Positions 11,356 through 24,900 of a stretch of DNA of 64,000 bases are shown here, piece after piece. The position numbers and the translations under genes are program-made. How positions within the stretch are numbered: position 1 is the stretch's first letter; the number at the start of each line of letters is the position of its first letter. Source of the DNA: Psilocybe cubensis (Eukaryota); the NCBI GenBank assembly GCA_017499595.2, contig CM039010.1:124001-188000 (forward strand), read 5' to 3'. Under the pieces are notes generated by a model. The model ran no database searches. It saw nothing but the letters and a program-made list of their open reading frames with translations, and was not told the DNA's origin.

Positions 11356-14300
11356 GTAGGCTATTACTACTCTGTATGTGTTGCGGTCGGGTATGGTGGG
11401 CCGTATGTGGCGACGCTGTCAAGTTTCAACGACTCGTCCGAGGGGTTAATAGAATATAGTGATCATTGCTGACAGCATGTTGTGTGAAATCATAAACTTA
11501 TGTGAGTCATTTATGCGGTTACGGCATTGCGTTGCGTTTGCTGTGTCGAGAGCCCATGTTTGTGTGTGAGAAAAGTTAGAGTTAGAGAGGCAGCGTGTTC
11601 TGTCCTTATCACAGTTTATAACTGTTCAGGATTTTGGAGGGTATTATGCGTGGTGTCTGTGAGAGCGTAAGTGTATGGGTAAATGGAGAAGACTATCGTC
11701 GGACTTGAACACTGGAAAATCTGAAAAAGGACATATATCTAATTGTACATGAATAAGGGTCCAGGAAGGATATGTGTGAGAAAGGATTTGAGTCTTGAGG
11801 TCTGAGGTCTGAAGGCCACCTCGGAGACCGGCCAAGCACGAAGGTAAATTGAAGGTCGTTGATCGATCATACGTTGTCCTGGCCCTGTTTCGACCATTGG
11901 GGACTGGTTGCAGTGCACACCAATATTGCTGGTCTATATCCTATGTGCGCATGCTCCGTCACAGATTGACTCTGAACAATGATAGTGATAATAATAACGA
12001 GCCAACTACACTCTTATCTGGCCAAGGATATTCTGGGAGCTTGTCGTGCTCATGTCCAGTCGTGACATTGAATTTGAAGTCTGACATGCTTCAAGAGCGT
12101 GTATGCACTCCAAAAAGGCTAATTCGGGAAGGGGGAGGACATATATGGGTGTGATCATCGCGAAGGCGGGTTCAATGTGACAACAGCATTCTGCCTGTCC
12201 TGTCTTGAGGCTAAGTGCACTGAAACTTGTGAAACGAGGTACTCTTCGGTTGCCCGTGCAACGCGTTCGCGTTGCATGTATATATGTATTCCGAGGAAAA
12301 AGGCAAGGGTCGCGCATTGTGCGATGATCGATGCGGGACGCGCAAGCTAGGTAAATCCCAACTACGACCCTGGATACACGAGCAAATGAATGAATGAATG
12401 ATTCATATTGACGATTAATGAATACGGATGTAACGATATGAATTTTTTTAATCAATTTATCCGGTGACGGTACCTTTGCCTCGCAGGCTCGCTGCGGCGG
12501 CATGGTCGGCACGCGCCAAGCACCTAGCTGAATTGGGAAAGTCAATTACAGAATTTAATAGGAGTGCGAGCGCGGCATGTTCGGCGCCACGTGCGACGCC
12601 ACGGGTACGCGACTCCTTACACCCCTAAATACCCAGAGAAGGTAGCGTACAATCATATCATACACCACAAGAAACGACAATACGCACTTCAGCGCGCAGA
12701 CACGGCGTAGCGCCCCGAGCACCGACACGCGTGCGAATATGAAGAGTTAAATTTACAAGTAATGAATTTAAATTTAATTGGGAGCTGTGATGCTGATGTT
12801 GTTGTGATGTGATTTTGATGTGTGTGTGTCACCCCGTGCCCGTGCCTGGGCTCCTCTCGCTTTTTCGGGGCTGCGAGCCGTGCCGTGCGTGCGTCGTGCG
12901 TCCCGTCGTGACAGGCTGGAGGCTTTTCTGCTTTTTGCCTTCCTCACTCACTCACTGTCTAAATCTGTGAACGGTGGCTAGGATTTCAGGGTCTTGCACG
13001 CTGTTACTCCTTTCTACCTTTGTCTGTCTATTAGCTACACGAACGCGCCGTCTGGAGTCTTAGAATCTCCTGGCCGTTTTTTTTCGCTTTGGGTTTGGGT
13101 TTGAGAGTGAGTGTGGGATTTTTTGGTGAGATTGGGTTGGGAGGCTGAAGGTGGTATGTCTAGGTGCACGATTGGGTTATAGGACACTGGAAGTGGGATA
13201 TTGGATACGACGGTAAGATTGGAACGGAAACAGGAACGGGAAACAGGGAAAATTGAGTTTGGGTGTTCCGGTGTAATCGTCAGGGGTCGAGGTGCGTAAG
13301 CGTGTCTGCCCCCCCTCTTTTCTGCTTTCTTTTTTGATTGTTGTCTTTCTCACTCTCTCGTTGGATTGTCGTTGTCGTTGTCGTTGGCGTTGGCGTATCA
13401 TTGTGTATGTGTCTGTGCTGGCGTCGCTCGTTGTAACCTTTGTGATATCGCGACTTCACTTCGTCTCGTCACACCGACCCGGTGCACTGCCGCTGCTGTT
13501 GCTTTGATAGGAGTCCAAGGTCGAACGTCGAGTTTCCGCAGGAGTCGGTATCGCGCTGCTGCGCACTATCACTATCACTATCATACCAACCACACCAACT
13601 GCTAAACCACCATACCATACCACTACCACAGCACCGAATTCAGCGCACGAGGAGCGGGGACGGTGTACCCGCACATCACATACATCACAGCACATATATT
13701 ACACCGCGGCGCAGCGCAGTGCAACGCAACACAAACGTTCCGCGCACATCAATCTACGAGGACGAGGAGGATAGCAAGGCGGAGACATCACATTGATCAT
13801 CAACACCACCGACACCGATTGGCGGTACATCGTCATCATACCGCCGCCACCACCACCACACACCACACCTGCTGTCGACCGTGGCCTAGAACGCATCTAT
13901 CAACCTGATTCATATTCCTATTCACATACATAACGCACATCTCACATCTCACATCACAACATTACACGCACCGACATCCAGGATTACACATTCAACATTC
14001 GATAGCATCTCAAGCGCGGCCGTATCTACAACTACAGCTACAACTATATCTACGATTGTAACTACACCTCCACCATACCTGCGGCAGCGACGTAGGATAT
14101 AAAGAAGACGTGTGTGCGTGCGGACGATGCAGCACGGACACGGTCATTCAGGAGGTGCAGGAGGACTTTCAGGAAGAGTAGGAGGAGGGGGAGGAGGGCG
14201 GATGCAGAAAAGGCAGATCAGACTTGCGTGTCGGTTCGGTGGGTGCTTTCTTTGAATTTCTTTGACTTTTTTGGGGGGGTTTTGCTTCGTTTTCTTGTGC

Positions 14301-15918
14301 GGGTTTCGTGTTCGAAATTTGGAGTTTGGATTTTTGGTTTGGTTTTGATGATTTCTGGTTTCGTTTTGGTGTTTGGCGGTTTTGGATTCTTTATTTTGTG
14401 TGTGTTTTTTTTGTAGTTCTTCAACATTCAACTCGGACCCCGTTTCTCAATCTTCAATTTTCAATGTTGGTCGTTCCTCATTCCTCATTCGTCGTTCTTT
14501 GTCCGTCATATTCCACGCGCCCCATTCCGCGTCGGCATCGACGTCGTCGAATTCGAGTTGGCGCTGCGGTCTCTTTTCACACTTTCTATCTTCTTTACTT
14601 CTTATTCTTCCCTTTTTCTCATTCTTCATCTTCTTGACATTCTTTTGTTCTTCGTATGTTTTTGTTCTTCGAATTCTACTCTTCTGCCCTTCTGCCTCTC
14701 TCCTCTCTCCTCTCCTTTTTTCTTTCTTTCTTCTTTAAATTCCCTCCTATTTTTGCACTCTCGCGCACTGCCGCGATCCCGCATTCACAATACCACATCC
14801 CAAAAAAAGCAAAATGGCGTGCATGCGGTACGCATTCCTCGGTCGCGTGTCATCGGTCGTGTGGATGATGGATAGTGGGTGGAATGTGTTCCCGTATCCC
14901 GCGGTACCACCTCACCTCATCTCACCTCATTACATCTCATCTTGTTTCGTTTTCCCTCTTTTTATATCATTTTGTGTTTTTGATGGTGCTGGTGATTTTC
15001 TGGTGTTGGAGGTCGTGGGGTTGATGTTTACGTCCGCGAGCTCGGTTCGTCGGTTCGTCGGTTTGATGACGATGACGATGATGTGGATGTGTGGGGATGT
15101 ATTGTGTGGGGTCGTGGTTGGGGTAGGTTGGGGTACGCCTCGCGTTGCAGTGCAGTGTGTTGCATCGTGTGGTTTTCTTTGCTTCGTGATTGGTTTTTTT
15201 GATTTTTTGATTTTGTGATTGTTGATGGTGCTGTGGATTTTTTTCGTTTTTCGTGATGATATTTTCCTTTATTCTTGATCTTTTTGGTGTTTTTTTGTGG
15301 CGTTTTTGATGATGTTTTTTTTGGTGTTTTTTTTATGATGATGATATTGGATACTGATGATTTTCTTGTCTTGTCTATTCTATTTACCACCACCACCACC
15401 TGCTCCTCATCCGTATCTGCGTTCATCGTCCATGTCGATATCGATATTCGTGTCTGTTGGGCGCTCGACAATTCGACGACTCTCCCGTCTTCCTCGATCC
15501 ATCCTCATCCTCTTGTTTCATGTGTCGGTTATTTTCAACATCAACTCGTTGACTTGGCGCTACTTTATAACGCGCGTCTCTGGGTATGGATTTTTGATCT
15601 CGACTTGGACTTTGCTTTCCACTTTGGGCTTCGATTTCGACTTGGGTTTCGAATTTGACTTGGGCTTCGAATTTGATGGACTCCGCTCCGCATGTGTACA
15701 CGCAAAAACGAACGCGAAATTTAATTGTAAACGGGACTCGAACGCGAATATACAACACACAACACAATGCACAATACACAATGCGCCATGCATAACACAT
15801 ATCATACAACGCGATATATAACAACTCCAAACGCCCTCATCTCTCGCGTCGCATCTCACCCACCTCTCTGTCTTACATCCAATCACTCTTAAAAATCACG
15901 ATAACGACACATACACAG

Positions 15919-18900
15919 TCTCATACGACCAATGGCTCCTCACGCACGCAGACACCGAGTGGAAGGTGCGCCATGTCAAACAGCTGATCCTCGCGCGGTG
16001 TTTCGGGTTAGCGTTCGATACGCGCGCGTTGGTTCCGCATCCTGTTCCTTTTTCAGGTGCGAGTGCGGGTGGCGGGATGAAGGCGCTACCTGGCCCTGGT
16101 CCTGGTATGGAGAAGGGGAGCGGGAAAGGCAAGGGACGCGCGGGGGATGAGTTCGGGTACAGCTCGTACGGCGGTGGCGGATATGGATATGGTGGGTATG
16201 GTGGGTATGGATATGGGTACGACGACGACCCTACGCTCCCGCGCCCGCCTAGTCCTATCACGTTCGCGCCTGACGAGAGGGAGAGGCCTGTGTCGCCTAT
16301 TTTGTTCGCGGCGCCGTTTGACCATTCGTATGCGGGTGGGAGTGGGAGTGGGAGTGGGACGGTTAGGAGGAAGAGGAGTGCGGGTGTTGGGTCGGGTGCG
16401 GGCGAGGAGGGTGGAGGGGTTGGAGGTGGAGAGGGCGAGGATGAGGGGGTAGGAGCAGGAGCGGGAGGAGAAGAGGGAGGAGGAGCGGGAGTGGGAGGAG
16501 CGGGAGAGGAGGAGAGAGAGGGTCGGGATAGGGATAGGGACGATGGGTATGATGAAGACGACGAGTGGGATGATGCAGAGGAGGACTGGGATTTGGATGT
16601 TGACGTCGGCGGGGAGGGCGCGAGCGCGAGCGCCAGTGCGAATGCGAATGCGAAAGAGGCGGACGCGGACGCGGACGCGCCGCCGCCCGGTGGGAGAATT
16701 GGGCCTGCGCCGATGCCGGTGCCGGTGCCGGTACGCGCGCCGCTCGCGGGGGCAGGGGCGCAGCAGAATGGAAATGGGAATGGGAAGAAGAAGAAGAAGA
16801 AGGGAAGGTTTAATCCGCTTGCGCTTGCCAAGATCGGCGGCGGCGGCGGAGGAGGAGGAGGGAGTGCTGCTGATGTTGTACCGTACAACCCATCCGCCGC
16901 GAGCGCAGCGTCGACATCCACAGCTCTCGTCCGACACACCTCCCATGCGCACCCACTCACACAGCAGCACACCACCCACGCGCACGCGCACGCACCAACC
17001 CAACCCCCCCTCCCCTCCCCACCGCAAATCGACACCTCCCCCTACGTCCTCATCCGCTTTTCAACAGGCCAGATATTAGAAGACGATTTCGTGCTTTCGT
17101 GGTATGGGATCAGGTCGGATGAGTTGGTTGAGCTGCATGCGGCGCGGAAGCCTGTGTCGTTTGCGATGGGTGTTGTGTTGCCGCGGTTGTTGGTTGATCC
17201 GGGGTATGTCTCTGGTGCGTCGGGTGCGTCTGCGGGCGCTGGAGGAGGAGGAGGAGGAGGAGGAGGAGGCGGTCTGGGCGAGGGAGGTGGTGATAAACCA
17301 GGTGGTGGTGAGACAGAAGGCGACGGCGAGAACCCAGATGCAGCCGCAGGAGGAGGAGGAGGAGGTGGTGGTGGTGCAGGTGCAGGTGCGGTCCCAGCAC
17401 CGCCAACCACAATCCCCGCCGCATACCTCTCGCGCGACCCCTGCCTCACCCCGCTCCCGCGGCACACCCTCGCGGCGTACGCAGCGCCCTTCTGGGAGGG
17501 GTGGGTGCGCGCGCTGCGCGTCGTGTGGCAGGCGGAGGTGCCTGCTTCGTCGGCGGGTGCGTTGGTCGTTGCTAGTGGTGGTGGTGGAGGCGCTGGGGGT
17601 ACCGGTGGGCTGGGTGGTGGTGGTGGTGGGGGAGGGGGAGGGGGAGGAGGGTTGATTGGGCCTAGTGGGATGCCGAATGTGCAAGGAGGGGGTATGGCGG
17701 GGGGTATGGCGGTGTTGGTTAGAGAGCAGGGGGTGTTTGGGGATGCTGCTGCCACTGGTGGTGGTGGTGCAGGAGGTGGTGGAGGAGGGGAGAGGGAGAG
17801 GGAGAGGGAGAGGAGGAAGGGCGAGAAGGGGAAGCCGAAGGGTACGCAGCGTCTTGAGTGGCGCGAGCGGTGGGTTGTGATTAGGGACGGAACGATTAAC
17901 CTGTGTAAATCCCGCGAGGTGCGTTTGTCTTTAATATTATATTATATTCACATTCTACTACGCACGCGAATGCTAACGACGGTATTGGTGTACGGTGTAC
18001 GGTGTATATCTAGGACCCGGAACCGACACACTGTCTCCCGCTAGCGAACCTCACGTCCATCCGCGATGCGAGCCATCTGGTTAATACGCTCCCGCACCCG
18101 CATCGTCTGCGCAGGGCGGATGTGTCGCGCGATCGTCGGGAGTATCGCGAGCGCGAGCGGGATAGGGAGAGAGATTATAGAGACCGCGATAGAGAGAGAG
18201 ACCGTGATAGAGAGAGAGATAGAGACAGGGAAAGGGATAGAGAGAGAGACAGAGACAAAGAGCAGCGCACGCGCAGGAGCACATCGTTGCCGCGCAGCAG
18301 CACTAGCACAGCTACGCCGCGCAATCCACAACCGCACGCTCATGCAGGTGGGAGTGGGAGTCGGACGCTGCTTGGCGAGTCCTCTGCGTCATCGTCGCTT
18401 GGCGCGGGCGCGGGCGTGGGCGTGGGTGTGGGAGTATCGCAGGCGCTCGTCCTGCGCGATGCGTATTCACGCACCCGAACACACGCATCCTCCCACGCGT
18501 CGAGTCATCTGCAAGTGCACCATCATCATCATCATCAAAGCGCCGAAGACGCCGCGCGCAGAAGGGCAGAGGAGGATCTGCGCATGATTGCGGAGCGAGA
18601 GCGGAGGAGGAGGGAGAGGGAGGAGGAGGCGCGGAGCGCGGAGTATTTGCATCAGTGGGATCGGATTAGTTTGTTTGGGAGTAAGAAGGAGAGGGAGAGG
18701 GAGAGGGAAAGAGAAAGAGAGAGGGAAAGAGAAAGAGAAAGAGAGAGGGAGAGAGAAAGAGAGAGGGAGAGGGAACGTGAGAGGGAAAGGGAAAGGGAAC
18801 GCGAGAGGGAGAGGGAGAGGGGTAAAGGCAAAGCCAAGGAGAAGGAGAAGGAAAAAGAGAAAGAACGCCGCCGCCGCTCGAAATCGCGCTCGCGCTCGCG

Positions 18901-21900
18901 CTCGCATTCGCGCTCACGCTCGCATTACCTGCACCACCCTTCCCACGCGCATGGGCACCGAAGTGGACAGGGACATGGATATGGGTATGGGAGAGCGCGC
19001 TCGCATTCGCCGCCGAGGTCGAAATCGCATAGTCGTGCGCAGGGGTCTGTGTCGCATGTTGGTCTCGGCGGCGGTGGTGGAGGCGGCGGTGGTGGTGGGG
19101 AGGGGTATAGTGGGAAAGGCAAGGAGCGCGAGCGGGATTATCGTGAGCGCGACAGGGATTACCGCGACCGCGATAGAGAAAAAGACAGAGAAAGGGACCG
19201 CGAAAAAGAAAGAGAAAGAGAAAAAGGAAAATCTAAAGGAAAAGCGAAATTCGACGAAAAGACGTATATCCCTACGACGCGCGAGGAGGCGGAGGCGGCG
19301 GGTATGAAGATTGTGTGTGCAAAGTTCCGGAGTGTGCGGAGTGCGGCTCCTCCTTCCTCCTCATCCCATCCCTCTTCATCCTCGCAATCCAACGCCAACG
19401 CCAACGCCAACGCCAACCCCCAAAGCAAACCCGCACAAAAACCAAAACCCAAATACACACACACAGGCCCAACACTCGCCGGCCCACCTCCACCCCCGCC
19501 TCCCACACAGGCACAGGTACCGATCCCGGTGCCGGTCCCGGCGGACTGGTATAGTGTGGGGAGACCGGGGCATCCGTCGCATCCTGCGCATCGGGAGCAT
19601 GCGCGGTGGGTTAGGGAGGGTGGTGGTGGTGGAAATTATAGAGGGGAGGGGAAAGACAATGATGTGAAGGAGGGCAAGGAGAAGGAGAAGGAGGGCAAGG
19701 GAGGGGGAGGGGGAGGGAGTGCGCCGAGGAAGAGCTCGTTACCGTCGCTTGCGCTCACGCTGGGCGGGGGGTTGGGGAAGGATAAGAGCAGCTCGCAGAG
19801 TCTTGCTGCTGCTGCTGCTGCTGCTTCTGCTTCTGCTGCTGCCTCTACTTCGGGTGCTGGGACGGGGAATAATAATCAGACGATGACGGTTGGTATGTAT
19901 ACGCCTTATCACCACCCACAGCATCACCAAGTCCAAGTCCAAGGTCACGTCCAAGGTCAAGGCGGCCCGACTGCGACCACCACCACTACAAATACAAATA
20001 CAAGTGCGAGTGCGAGTGTGAGCGCGAGTGCGATAGCAGCTGCGAACGCCGCGGCAGCTGCACTCGTTGCTGGACCGAGATTCGGATTTGGGAGTTTGTT
20101 CGGTGGGGGGTCTGGTGGGCGCGAGAAGGATCGCGAGCGGGATCGTGATAAGGGGAAGGGGAAAAATAAAGATAAAGACAAAGAGAGGGAGGAGAGCGAG
20201 ACGGATGATGTGTATGGGATGAGCAGGAAGGAGAGGGAGAGGGAGCGGAAGGCGCGTGAGAAGCGCGAGAGGGAGAAAGAAAAGGAGAGGGAGAGGGAGA
20301 AAGAGAAGGAGAGCGAGAGCGCCGGTGGTGGAGGAGGAGGGCTGAGCTGGAAGTTGGGCAAGAAGAAGAGTGGGAAGATCGGCGAGAAGGAGAGGGAGAA
20401 GGAAAAGGAGAAAGAGAGAAGTAAAACGTCGCTTGCGCTCTCGAGTAGTACCACGCTCGCTACGCTCGCTACACTCGCTGTGCCGTTGACTCCGCTGCAC
20501 ACTTCTGTGGAGAGCGGGTATCCAACGACGACGACGCCGACGACGCCGAGGGAGTATAGAGGTGGAGGGATGGGGATGCATCAGCCGAGTTTGTTGTCGA
20601 TTAATACGGTCGGGACGGCTGTGAGCGTGGGTAGTGGCAAGGCGGGTGGCAAGGCGGGTAGGCAGGCTTCGGCGTCGGCGTCGGCGGCTGTGGCGCGTAC
20701 GGGTGCGAGAGAGTCTGTGTCTGCTTCGGAGGCTGAAGGAGACGACGAGCGCGCCGACGCGGATGATACAGACACCGGCGCTCAGGACGACAACGTCGGC
20801 GCCGCCCAAGCCCAAGCCCAAGCCCAGGACGAAAACGCAACAGACAACGACACCGCAGCAGACAACGACAACGAGAACGAGAACGACAACGCAGACGACA
20901 ACGCAGAAGACAACGCAGAAGACCCAGGCTCAGACTCAGGCTCAGGCTCTGGATCGCTCTCGTCGCCGATCTTTGCACATACGCCGGATGAGTCTGAGAT
21001 TAGCGATTTTGAGATTGGGGGTGGGCGTGGACATGGGTATGGAGTGAGGAGGTGGGAGAGGGAGAGGGTTAGGGAGCGCGAGCGGGAGAGGGAACGTGAG
21101 AAGGACAAGGAGAAGGAAAAGGAAAAGGACAAGGATAAAGAGAGAGAGAAGGAGAAGGAGAGAGAGAAGGAGAAGGAGAGAGAGAAGGAGAGAGATAGAC
21201 GCTTTGGCGGGCCCCAGACGATTCCGAGTGCGGGGTGGCATCAGGCGCAGGAGCGGAGGAGGAGGGAGGAGAGGGAGAGGGTGCGGTTGAGGGAGGAGGC
21301 GGAGCGCGAGGAGAGGGAGCGGGAGCGGTTGCAGAGAGAGGCGGTGGAGGCTGGTGTGGGTGTGGGTGGGAGGGCGCGTGAGGGTGATAGGGAGAGGGAA
21401 CGGGAGAGGGAGAGGGAGAGGGAGAAAGAAAGGGAACGCGAGAAGGAGAGGGAAAGAGAGAAGGAGAGAGAACGCAGGAGGAGAGAGGATGAGCGCGGCG
21501 AGTGGATTGTGCTTGATATGGGCAGCGACGTCGGTAAGTTTTGTCGTTTCTTTATTCCTTTTTTTTTCTTTTTTTTCTTGCTTTTTTACGTTTCGGATAT
21601 TCGATTTCTTGTTCTCATTCTCATTCTCATTCTCATTTTTGTTTTATTTTCGTTTTCATTTTATTTTACTTCATCTTTTTCATATCATTGCTTTTTTCTT
21701 TTTTTAAATTACATTCCAACAACCTCACCACTTACCACCTACCTACTCACTCACCCACTTTTTTTGTTTTTAAACAGCATTCAACAGCATCCTCCGCGTG
21801 TTCCACCGGTACTTCTCCCACCCGCTCACATCTGCATTTGTCCCGCCTTCAATGGCGCAGGCGGCAGCTGAGGCGCTCGAGATGGAGTTTGAGCGCGAGC

Positions 21901-24900
21901 GTGAGCGCGAGCGCGAGGCTGAGGCTGAGCGGCAGCGGCAGCGCGAAGTCGAACGTCAACGCGAAGCTGAGCGTCAACGCCAACGTCAACGCGAAGCTGA
22001 GCTTGAAGCGGAGGTAGAACGGCAGGTCGAGGTGGATAGGGAGAGGGAAAGAGAAAGAGAAAGGGAGAGGGAGCGCGCGAGCTTGGATTCGCAGTTGAGT
22101 CCTACGACCAGCTCGTCTGTTGGTCATGGTGCGTTTGCGTTTGCGTCTGGAGGGGATGTTTCCTCTGACGCGGAGAGCAGTCTCCATGGGCATGGGAAGG
22201 AGAAGGCGCTGGAGAAAGAAAAGAGCAAGGAGAAGGAGAAGGGTAAAAGCAAACACAAATCGAAAGGCAAAGGGAAAGGGAAAGAACATGGGAAGGACAA
22301 GGACAAAGGCAGCTCGGCGCAGCCTACACCGCAAACGTCGGGCGATAGGTTGAGGCAGGATGCACAGTCGTACGAGCATCACACTGCGTCCTCCTCCCAA
22401 TCCCAATCCCATGGCCAATCGCAGTCTCAATCGCAGTCTCAATCGCAATCACAGTCCTACCTCGACTCCCCGCTCTTAACAGCTTTCACCTCCTCGCGCC
22501 GACACACACTCTCAAGTTCAGGTGCAGGTGCCGGTGCAAGCAACGTGAGTTCAAGCACCGGCGGACCAGGTGCGGCGCCGGCGCTGCCGTACCCCGAATG
22601 GCGCCATGCGATCATCGCGCGCGCGCAGCGCGTTGGGCGGAGGGATGAGGCGCGGGCGATAGATTATGTGCTTGCTTCCGCTTCCTCCGCTTCCGCCTCT
22701 TCCTCGTCTTTCCCTGCTGCCTCCTCCTCTAACCCCGCCAATGCTGCTGCTGCTGTGGCGGAATGGACGAGGGAAATCGACTGGGGCATCTTAATCGCAC
22801 GCCATAACCTCCGCGAAGAGCTCCGGAAGAGGGAGGAAGAGGAGGAGAGGGAGAAGTGGGAGCGCGAGGCGGTGCGGTGGGCTCGTGAGCGGGAGGAGGC
22901 GCTGAGGAGGATTGCGGTTTTGAGAGGTGGTGCGGGTGCGGGTGGGGGGTGGTTGGAGGACGTGGAACTGAAAGATGGTGATGGGGATGTGCAGGTTGAA
23001 GTTGAAGTTGAGGAGGGGATGGTGTTTGCTAGCGGCGATGAGGTGCGCTGGGGCGACGACGATGACGACGATGACGATGTTGACGAGCAGGAGGAGAAAG
23101 CAGACGGGGTGTCGGTGTTAAGCGTAGGCGCAGGTATGGGCAGCAAGGAGAGGGAGAGGGATGAAGGACGGAGGATGAGCCAGGTGTCGCATGTCTCGAC
23201 GCTGAAAGCGCTCGAGATGAATGCGGCTGCTGCTGCTGCTGCGTCGTCGTCGTCTGCGCGCTCGACGTATTCGGGGGATGTGGATGTTGATGTTGATGTG
23301 GGTGTTGGTGGGGTGGTTGGTGTTGGGTCTAACGTCAACGATAGCGCCAACGTCAACAATCGCAAAGATGAAGAGGACCAGGCAGAAGAAGAAGAGGGTG
23401 AGGATGAGGATGAGGCAAAAGAAGAAGAAGATGATGATGATGATGTCGATGTGGATGGAGACCGCGACGAGCCGGAGATATGGGTCGACGCGCAGGGCGA
23501 GCAGACAGAGTCAGAGTCGGTCGTTGGGTACAGGGACGACGCGTACCATCCGCCTAGTGTCGATTCGCATGGTGCTGCCTCGGGTGCTGCGCGGGTTGCG
23601 TTTGATCTTGAGGCTCATGTGAAGGCGAAATCGAAATCCAACTCCAAATCCAACTCGGACGACGTCGAAGGCGATGGCAACGACAGCGATAAATCCAACT
23701 CCAACTCAAACGCGGACTCCAGCTCGAACTCGAACTCGGATTCATCAAAAGACGGCGCGCCGCTAGGCATGGAGAGTATGATGGACGACAGCGAGGAGGA
23801 GAGCGAGATTGAGTGGGTTGCGTGGGTTACGGATTTGCCGAGGCAGGATGCGGTGGCGAGGCGGAGGAGGGAGGGGAAGAGGCGGGAGAGGGAGAGGGAG
23901 AGGGAGAAGGAGCGCGAGAAGGAGCGTGAGAGGGAGAGGGAAAAGGAGAGGGAGAGGGAGAAGGGTGCGAGTATGGCGCATGGCATGTTCTCCAACCCCT
24001 TCGCAGCCACATCATCCGACCACACCCAAGCACAATCCAAATCCAAATCCAAATCCAAATCCCAAGACACGAAAGACGCGAAAGAACCAACAACATCGAC
24101 ATCGACATCGACGTCCTTCGTCCCGCCCACTTCACCAGAGGACGAGCGTGCGTTCTATGCTGATGCGAGGAGAAGACTCGAGCCGCGTGCGATTGGGCGC
24201 GCGAACCCGCCTCCTTATTCCTCCTCCTCCTTTGCGTACTACTCGTCCGGGGGTGCGGGCGCGGGCGCGGAGCAGGGACTGTTCGACCCGCTCCAGCCGT
24301 ATATCAACCAGTCGGCGCAGCAGCAGGCGGCGTATCAGCAGTACCTTGCCGCGCAGCAGGCTTCGTCCGCTCAGGGACAAGGACAGGGACAGGGAGCAAG
24401 TGGTGGGTATAGCAATTATAATTATAATAATGTGCCGACGCAGGTGAGAGTTGAGGAGAGGGTTGTGCGGAGCAGATGTGTGGATGTGGGTGTTGGGTTG
24501 ATGGTTGCTGCTGTTGGTGGTGGTGGTGGTGGGGATGGGGATGAAGAGGAGGCAGAGGATGGGGATGGGGTTGGAGAGGTGGGTAAAGGAGGTGCAGCTG
24601 AGGAGGTGGAGGGCGAGGATGAGTATGGTGGGTTGGAGTATGTTGATGAGCCGGAGCCGCAGGAGAGTGTGGTGAGTCTGAATCGGACGTTGAGTTCGCC
24701 TAGCTCGAACGAGTCGTTGGGGTATCCGTTACCTGTAAGTGTTCTTTCTTTCTTTCTTTTTTTTTTTTTTTTTGGACTTTTCGTTTTTTCGCTGTTTTGT
24801 TTTTATATTTTTTTTGGCGTTTTTATTGCATTCACGAACTCGTTTTCTGACTATCTCTCATTTTCACGTTTTTTTTTTTTTTTTTTTTTGATGTACAGGC

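Noticed and set aside
13177-15886. Numerous overlapping 60-150-aa ORFs on both strands
   Set aside because: By-products of microsatellite, T-rich sequence lacking stops. A real 5' exon of the giant gene may lie near 14128-14225, but I could not splice it convincingly.
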